A DNA stretch of 64,000 nucleotides, from the NCBI GenBank assembly GCA_964515075.1, contig CAZETE010000002.1, forward strand, positions 40,470 through 104,469. Direction: 5' to 3'. Shown here piece by piece: positions 58,435 to 64,000 of the stretch. The position numbers and the translations under genes were made by a program. Every line of letters begins with the position of its first letter. Within the stretch, counting starts at the first letter, position 1. Source of the DNA: an uncultured Actinomycetota bacterium. Lineage in GTDB: Bacteria > Actinomycetota > Geothermincolia > Geothermincolales > Geothermincolaceae. The notes below the pieces were generated by a model. The model had not been told where the DNA came from and ran no database searches. It saw nothing but the letters and a program-made list of their open reading frames with translations.

Positions 58435-58524
58435 GTCCTCCTCCGCTCGAGAAACCCTCTCCTTTATGACGACCCTATCCCGGATCCGGTTCGCCCCGCA
58501 ACGGCCGCCGCGGGCGCCGCCGGC

Positions 58525-59025
58525 CTACTTGAACAGCATGACCTCTTCCTCGTGCTGCACCAGCCGCTTGGCCAGCGGGTACGCGGCCAGGGTGACCAGC
58601 ATGTTGTAGAGGGAGACCCCGGCGACGATGCCCAGGCTGAAGGTGGGCCGCTCGGTCCAGCCCACCACGATCCAGGTGGCGAACTTCAACAGCTCGTTGA
58701 AGGCGGTGAAGAGGAAGACGATGAGCATGGGCCAGAGCACCGAAGCCGAGGCGACCCGGTTCTTCAGCTCGCCCGCGAGGAATCCCGTCAGGGTCTTGCA
58801 GAAGGCCGCCACCCCCATGAAGCCGGTGGTGAAGACGTCCTCCAGCAGGCCTCCCCAGAAGCCGAAGACGGCCCCGCGGACGGGACCCTCGAAGAGGGCC
58901 AGGCACACCGTCATCACCAGTACGAGGTCGGGCTTGACCCTGCCGACGTTGATCTCCTGCGCGATGGTGACCTGCAGGAGGGAGGTGACCAGGAGCAGGG
59001 CGAGATATACCAGCCTCTTGTGCAC
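58525..59025 (-). CDS. mreD: rod shape-determining protein MreD
   Basis: 166-aa polytopic membrane protein following mreC. Confidence 0.7.
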   Translation of the reverse strand: MHKRLVYLALLLVTSLLQVTIAQEINVGRVKPDLVLVMTVCLALFEGPVRGAVFGFWGGLLEDVFTTGFMGVAAFCKTLTGFLAGELKNRVASASVLWPMLIVFLFTAFNELLKFATWIVVGWTERPTFSLGIVAGVSLYNMLVTLAAYPLAKRLVQHEEEVMLFK

Positions 59026-59029
59026 CGGC

Positions 59030-59896
59030 CTACTCCCGTGTCCGCATGGGCTGGGGGGGCTCCGCGGTGGGCGGGGGGGTGAGGACCACCATCACCCGGT
59101 CCATGCGGGTCATGTTGGCCAGGGGGGTGATGCTGATGCCGCGGGAGAGGTCGGTGCGCCGCTCGCTGATCTCCTTGACGAAGCCGAGGGCGATGCCCGG
59201 CGGGCAGGTCCCCCCGAGGCCCGAAGTGACCACCATGTCCCCCTGGTTGACCTCGGCGTCCTGGTTGATCAGCTCGAGCTTGACCGAGCCCCCGCCCTCC
59301 CCCTTGATCAGGCCTATCTCCCCGTTGGCCTCGAGCTTGGCCCCGATGGAGCTCTGCTTGTCGGTGATGAGCAGGACCATGGAGGTGTGCGCGGTGCAGT
59401 CGACGATCCTCCCCGCCAGGTAGCCGTTCTGGTCCAGCACGGCCATGTACTTCTGCACCCCTTCGGCGTAGCCGGCGCCGATCTCCCGCGTCTCCTTCCA
59501 GTTGTCCGGGTTGGACCCGATGACGTCCGCCACCAGCAGTTCCCGGCCGCTCTGGCTCTTCTTGTAGTCGATGAAGCTGCGCAGCTCCTCGTTCTCCCGC
59601 CGCAGGCGGCTCATCTCCAGCAGCTCCTCCTGCAGCTCGTTGTTCCTGCGCTCCAGCTCGTCCCTCTCCTCCACCGCGCTGTCCAGCTTGGAGAGGTACT
59701 CGATGCCCCCCTTGATGGGGCTCATCACCTTGGAGACCCCGCGCTGCAGGGGAGCCACCAGTTCCTGCGAGGCGCGCTGCAGGCGGTGGAAGACGCCGTT
59801 GTCGCCTTCCCGGGAATAGACCGTCACCAGCACCAGGCAGACGGCGACGAGGACGGCCACGGTGAAGCGGTTCTGCTGTCTTTCCTTTACGATCAT
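59030..59896 (-). CDS. mreC: rod shape-determining protein MreC
   Basis: N-terminal TM helix, coiled coil and a beta-rich C-terminal domain. Canonical position. Confidence 0.8.
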   Translation of the reverse strand: MIVKERQQNRFTVAVLVAVCLVLVTVYSREGDNGVFHRLQRASQELVAPLQRGVSKVMSPIKGGIEYLSKLDSAVEERDELERRNNELQEELLEMSRLRRENEELRSFIDYKKSQSGRELLVADVIGSNPDNWKETREIGAGYAEGVQKYMAVLDQNGYLAGRIVDCTAHTSMVLLITDKQSSIGAKLEANGEIGLIKGEGGGSVKLELINQDAEVNQGDMVVTSGLGGTCPPGIALGFVKEISERRTDLSRGISITPLANMTRMDRVMVVLTPPPTAEPPQPMRTRE

Positions 59897-59915
59897 AAGC
59901 CGGATGCGGGGCCGC

Positions 59916-60944
59916 TCAATGCCTGGACGAGGAGATCAGAACCTTCTTCATGATCTCGAACTCCTCCAGGCACTTGCCGGAGCCGATGGCCACGCAGGAC
60001 AGCGGCGAGTCGGTTATGAAGACCGGCATCGCCGTCTCGTGGCGCAGCCTCTCGTCCAGGCCCCGCAGCAGCGCCCCCCCTCCCGTCAGTGTAATGCCGC
60101 ACTCCATTATGTCGGAAGCCAGCTCCGGGGGCGTCTTGTCCAGGGTGACCTTGACGGCCTCCACGATGGACGAGACGGGGTCCTCGATGGCCTCCCGGAT
60201 CTCCTCGGCCAGCACCATGATGGTCTTGGGCAGGCCCGTCACCAGGTCGCGGCCGCGGATCTCCGCGTTGATCTCGTCATCCAGGGAGAAGGCGGAGCCG
60301 ATCTGTATCTTCAACTCCTCCGCCGTTCGCTCCCCAATCATCAGGTTGTACTCCCTCTTGATGTACCCGACGACGGATTCGTCCAGCTCGTCCCCGCCGA
60401 TGCGGATGGACTCGCTGGTGACGATGCCGCCCAGGGAGATCACCGCCACCTCGGTGGTGCCGCCCCCGATGTCCACCACCATGTTGCCGGTGGGCTCGTG
60501 GATGGGCAGCCCCGCCCCGATGGCCGCGGCCATGGGCTCCTCGATGATGAAGGCGGCGCGGGCGCCCGCCTGGATGCAGGCCTCCTCCACCGCCCGCTGC
60601 TCCACCCCGGTGGTGCCGGAGGGGACGCAGACGACCACGCGGGGACGGGCGAAGAGCCGCTTCTTGTGCACCTTCTGGATGAAGTAGCGGAGCATCTTCT
60701 CGGTGACGTCGAAGTCGGCGATGACCCCGTCCTTCAGGGGCCGCACCGCCACGATATGGCCCGGGGTGCGGCCGATCATCCGCTTGGCCTCGGCCCCCAC
60801 CGCCAGGATGGCCCCGTTGGAGGTGTTGATGGCCACCACCGAGGGCTCGTTGAGGACGATGCCCTTGCTGCGCACGTAGACCAGGGTGTTGGCCGTTCCC
60901 AGGTCGATGGCCATGTCCCTGCCCAGTAGCTCCCAGGATGACAT
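59916..60944 (-). CDS. mreB: rod shape-determining actin homolog MreB
   Basis: [12 protein letters not shown] and the actin-fold phosphate motifs. 342 aa. Confidence 0.9.
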   Translation of the reverse strand: MSSWELLGRDMAIDLGTANTLVYVRSKGIVLNEPSVVAINTSNGAILAVGAEAKRMIGRTPGHIVAVRPLKDGVIADFDVTEKMLRYFIQKVHKKRLFARPRVVVCVPSGTTGVEQRAVEEACIQAGARAAFIIEEPMAAAIGAGLPIHEPTGNMVVDIGGGTTEVAVISLGGIVTSESIRIGGDELDESVVGYIKREYNLMIGERTAEELKIQIGSAFSLDDEINAEIRGRDLVTGLPKTIMVLAEEIREAIEDPVSSIVEAVKVTLDKTPPELASDIMECGITLTGGGALLRGLDERLRHETAMPVFITDSPLSCVAIGSGKCLEEFEIMKKVLISSSRH

Positions 60945-61004
60945 ATGTCAATCTGCTTTCTTCGATTCAGCCGTTCAGGCTCACAAGTTACTCAATATTA
61001 CATT

Positions 61005-61412
61005 TTAGCATAGATGCGGGAAGAAGAGCCCCAGTTCCCGGGCGGCGCTGGCGCCGGAATCGGAGCCGTGCACCAGGTTCTCGGTGATGCCCACCGCGAA
61101 ATCGCCGCGGATGGTACCGGGGGCGGCCTGGGCCGCGTTGGTGGCCCCCATGACCTTGCGCACCACCTCCACCGCCGACTCCCCCTCCAGGGCCATGGCC
61201 ACCACCGGGCCCGAGGTGATGTAGGATACCAGGTCCCCGTAGAAGGGCTTCTCCTTGTGCTCGGCGTAGTGCTCGGAGGCCAGGTCCTCCCCGACCACCA
61301 TCATCTTCAGGTCCAGGATGCGGAAGCCCAGGCGCTCGAAGCGGGAGACCACCTCCCCGACCAGCCCGCGCCGGACCCCGTCCGGCTTGACCAAGACCAA
61401 CGTCTTCTCCAT
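61005..61412 (-). CDS. ndk: nucleoside diphosphate kinase
   Basis: [13 protein letters not shown]...NLVHGSD (active-site His). 135 aa. Confidence 0.9.
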   Translation of the reverse strand: MEKTLVLVKPDGVRRGLVGEVVSRFERLGFRILDLKMMVVGEDLASEHYAEHKEKPFYGDLVSYITSGPVVAMALEGESAVEVVRKVMGATNAAQAAPGTIRGDFAVGITENLVHGSDSGASAARELGLFFPHLC

Positions 61413-61531
61413 TTGCGACTCCTTCTTCCGCTGCCTCTACTCTCGCTCCCGGCCGGGGGCCGGGCCCCCTCGTCGAGGCCTGCCCGAAAGCCCGCGTCCA
61501 ACTCCTGCGGGCTTCCGACCTCCCCCGTACT

Positions 61532-62845
61532 CTACACTATTTTCAGGTTGAGGGCGTCGCGGGCCTCGCCCACCGTGTACAGGGAACCGGTGACGCAGAC
61601 CGCGTCCCCCACCCCGGCCAGGGTGCGTGCCGCCTTGACCGCCTCCGGGACCTCCTCGACCAGCAGCGCCTCCCGGCCCAAGAGCCCGGCCTCCCGCCTC
61701 AAGTCCTCCGGCCGCGCCGCCCGGGCGCTGCGGCTGCGGGTGAGGATGACCGTGTCCGCCAGGGGGACCAGGACGCGCAGCATGCCCCGCCAGTCCTTGT
61801 CCTCGAGGATGCCCAGCACCAGGACGAGGCGTTCGTAGTCGATGTCGTTGGCCAGCACCCGCGCCAGGCGGCGGGCCCCCTCCTCGTTGTGGGCTCCGTC
61901 CAGCAGCACCAGCGGGTTGAAGGAGACGACCTCCAGGCGCCCGGGCGAGGACGCGCGCGCCAGTCCCTGCCCCACGTCTTCGAAGGAGAGATAGCGCAGG
62001 CCCCCGGCGTAGCTCTCGCAAGCCGCCACCGCGCAGGCCGCGTTGGCCGCCTGATAGTCCCCGAGCAGGGGCAGGAAGAGGTCGGCGTATTCGCGCAGCA
62101 GGCCCCGCACCCCGATGAACTGCCCGATCCTCTCGGTCTGGATGCCGTAGGACACCCGGTAGAGCAGCTCGAAATCCCGCCCCAGCAGCTTGAAGGGGGC
62201 TCCGCAGCCGTCCGCGGCCGCCTCCAGCACCTCCAGGACCGCCGGGTCGGCCTCCCCGCAGACGACCGGGACGCCCGGCTTGATGATGCCCGCCTTCTCG
62301 CGGGCGATGTCGGCCAGGGCGGGGCCCAGCTCCTCCACGTGGTCCCAGGCGACGTTGGTGATGACCGAGACCCGGGAGTCCACGATGTTGGTGGCGTCCC
62401 AGCGCCCGCCCATGCCCACCTCCATCACCGCCACGTCCACCTCGCGGGCGGCGAAGTAGCGGAAAGCCAGGGCCGTGGAGACCTCGAAATAGGAGAGGGG
62501 GTCGCCCGTCTCGGCATTGGCCTCCTCGACCAGCGGGGCGATGCGCCCCATGAACTCCGCGAAGTCCTCCTCGGGCATGGGGCGGCCGTTGACCGAGATG
62601 CGCTCGGTGACGCTCTGCAGGTGGGGGGAGGTGTAGCGGGCCACCCGCTTGCCGTTGCGCATGAGGATGGAGGCGATCATGCGGGCGGTGGACGTCTTGC
62701 CGTTGGTGCCGGTTATGTGGATGGAGGGGTAGCGCAGCTGGGGGTCGCCCAGCTTCCGGCAGAGCACCTCGATGCGGTCGAGGCTGGGCTTGATGCCGTG
62801 CATCTCCGTGGCGTTTAAGAACCCTTCAGCCTCCGCGAAGTCCAA
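61532..62845 (-). CDS. folC: folylpolyglutamate synthase / dihydrofolate synthase
   Basis: Mur-ligase family motif HITGTNGKTST. 437 aa. A GC hairpin lies 3' at ~61445-61470. Confidence 0.85.
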   Translation of the reverse strand: MDFAEAEGFLNATEMHGIKPSLDRIEVLCRKLGDPQLRYPSIHITGTNGKTSTARMIASILMRNGKRVARYTSPHLQSVTERISVNGRPMPEEDFAEFMGRIAPLVEEANAETGDPLSYFEVSTALAFRYFAAREVDVAVMEVGMGGRWDATNIVDSRVSVITNVAWDHVEELGPALADIAREKAGIIKPGVPVVCGEADPAVLEVLEAAADGCGAPFKLLGRDFELLYRVSYGIQTERIGQFIGVRGLLREYADLFLPLLGDYQAANAACAVAACESYAGGLRYLSFEDVGQGLARASSPGRLEVVSFNPLVLLDGAHNEEGARRLARVLANDIDYERLVLVLGILEDKDWRGMLRVLVPLADTVILTRSRSARAARPEDLRREAGLLGREALLVEEVPEAVKAARTLAGVGDAVCVTGSLYTVGEARDALNLKIV

Positions 62846-62857
62846 GGTGCGCCCCCG

Positions 62858-64000
62858 TCACTGCGCGCCCAGGATGCCCAGGTGCTCGCGCAGCTTCTCC
62901 ATCTTGAGGTCGAGGTCCGCGAGCTTGCCCCGCTCCTTCTCCACCACCGCGGCCGGCGCTTTCTCTAAGAAACCGGGGTTGGCCAGCTTGGCGCGGGACC
63001 TCTCCGCGTCCTGGTCCAGCCTGGCCAGCTCGCGCCGGATGCGCTCGATCTCGCCGGAGGAGCCGGCCGCCTCCGCCAGGGGGATGAAGACCTCGGTGGC
63101 CTCGGCCAGCCCCCGCGCGTAGGCGGAGGGGTCGTCCACCCCGTCGACGAACTCCACCCCGGAGAGGCGGGCCAGGGAGACCAGGTGGCGCAGGTTGGCC
63201 CCGGCCAGGGCCCGCCGGCCCTCCTCGAGGACCACCAGCTTCGCCGCGACGGCGCGGGAAGGCGGTATCTTCAGCTCGGAGCGGATGCGCCGGATGGCCC
63301 CGACCACCTCGCGCAGGTAGCCCATCTCCGCCTCCGCCTCCTCGTCCAGGTCCTCCTCGCGGGCCTCCGGCCACTCCGCGGTCATGATGGAGTCGCCCGT
63401 GTGCGGCAGCCTCTGCCAGACCTCCTCGGTGATGAAGGGCATCACCGGGTGGGCCAGGCGCATGAACTGCTCCAGCACGCAGACCAGCACGCCCCGCGCC
63501 GTCCGCCCGGCCCCGGCGTCCTCCCCGTAAAGGCGCGACTTGACCATCTCCAGGTACCAGTCGCAGAAGTCGCTCCAGAAGAAGTCGTGCAGGGCCTTGC
63601 AGGCCTCGCTGAAGTTGTAGGCCTCGAAGTCGGAGTCCACCTCGCGGATGAGCCGGGAAAGGGACGAGAGGATCCAGCGGTCCTCCAGGGCCAGGCCCTC
63701 CCGCTCGAAGCCGCCGCCCCCCTCCCCCTCCAGGTTCATCAGCACCAGGCGGGAGGCGTTCCAGATCTTGTTGCAGAAGTGCCGGCTGCCCTCGATGCGC
63801 TCGCGGGACAGGAAGACGTCCCGTCCCGGCACGGCGATGAAGCCCAGGGTGAAGCGGAGGGCGTCGCAGCCGTACTCGTCGATGACCTCCAGGGGGTCGA
63901 TGACGTTGCCCGAGGACTTGCTCATCTTCTTGCCCAGCTCGTCCCGGATGAGGGCGGTGATGAAGACCTCCGAGAAGGGCACGTCCCCCATGAAGTGCAG
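62858..64000 (-). CDS. valS: valyl-tRNA synthetase (C-terminal ~380 aa; N-terminus beyond window end)
   Basis: KMSKS motif, anticodon-binding domain and a C-terminal coiled coil. Gene is truncated by the window edge. Confidence 0.85.
   Translation of the reverse strand: MHFMGDVPFSEVFITALIRDELGKKMSKSSGNVIDPLEVIDEYGCDALRFTLGFIAVPGRDVFLSRERIEGSRHFCNKIWNASRLVLMNLEGEGGGGFEREGLALEDRWILSSLSRLIREVDSDFEAYNFSEACKALHDFFWSDFCDWYLEMVKSRLYGEDAGAGRTARGVLVCVLEQFMRLAHPVMPFITEEVWQRLPHTGDSIMTAEWPEAREEDLDEEAEAEMGYLREVVGAIRRIRSELKIPPSRAVAAKLVVLEEGRRALAGANLRHLVSLARLSGVEFVDGVDDPSAYARGLAEATEVFIPLAEAAGSSGEIERIRRELARLDQDAERSRAKLANPGFLEKAPAAVVEKERGKLADLDLKMEKLREHLGILGAQ

Overview
This 64 kb window is GC-rich (roughly 68-70%) and looks like a core chromosomal segment of an anaerobic bacterium, not a mobile or accessory island. 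High-GC artefact ORFs antisense to real genes are abundant and were discarded. No CRISPR array, transposase or prophage gene was seen.

Almost all real genes lie on the minus strand in operons that are tightly coupled translationally (ATGA/GTGA/TTGA overlaps). Synteny is Firmicutes-like: tmk-holB-yaaT, era-recO, mreBCD-mrdA-rodA, folC-valS. Together with the high GC this loosely suggests a high-GC Firmicutes-related lineage (Symbiobacterium-, Thermaerobacter- or Limnochordia-like). That placement is inference only.

Gene content, in window order:
- tRNA-Thr(CGU)
- pyruvate:ferredoxin oxidoreductase porGDAB
- yaaT/PSP1, holB, tmk
- a reductive-TCA module mdh-fumA-MFS-fumB
- two MFS transporters
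- a type IA topoisomerase with zinc ribbons
- a K+-dependent-type membrane pyrophosphatase (hppA)
- a NodB-family deacetylase
- a translin-like protein
- a flavodoxin-ferredoxin fusion
- an aminotransferase and a PaaK-like adenylating ligase
- an 881-aa GAF-GAF-PAS-PP2C regulator
- an expanded Trk K+ uptake operon: 3 trkA, 2 trkH, an unannotated 55-aa membrane ORF and an exported protein
- rnfCDGEAB with a divergent rseC
- a HEAT-repeat protein plus radical-SAM/SPASM enzyme pair
- a compact seven-gene V-type ATPase operon of the E-DUF2764-A-B-D-I-K architecture
- an acyl carrier protein followed by two paralogous DUF2229-like proteins
- an ECF sigma factor with a small membrane protein
- a small Cys-rich ORF coupled to uppS
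- recO, deoC, era, rodA, mrdA, mreDCB, ndk, folC and the 3' part of valS

The most unusual non-coding structure is the recO-deoC intergenic region (52911-53500). It has a near-consensus promoter with an upstream A-tract, about 300 bp of pyrimidine-rich direct and tandem repeats, and a 32-bp-arm inverted repeat. Codon usage argues against the proline-rich ORF that overlaps it.

Other points worth a second look:
- the unannotated micro-ORF inside the trk operon
- the HEAT/rSAM pair
- the ACP-DUF2229 pair
- three conserved genes (holB, recO, an EntS-like MFS) whose homology-supported N-termini lack any ATG/GTG/TTG start
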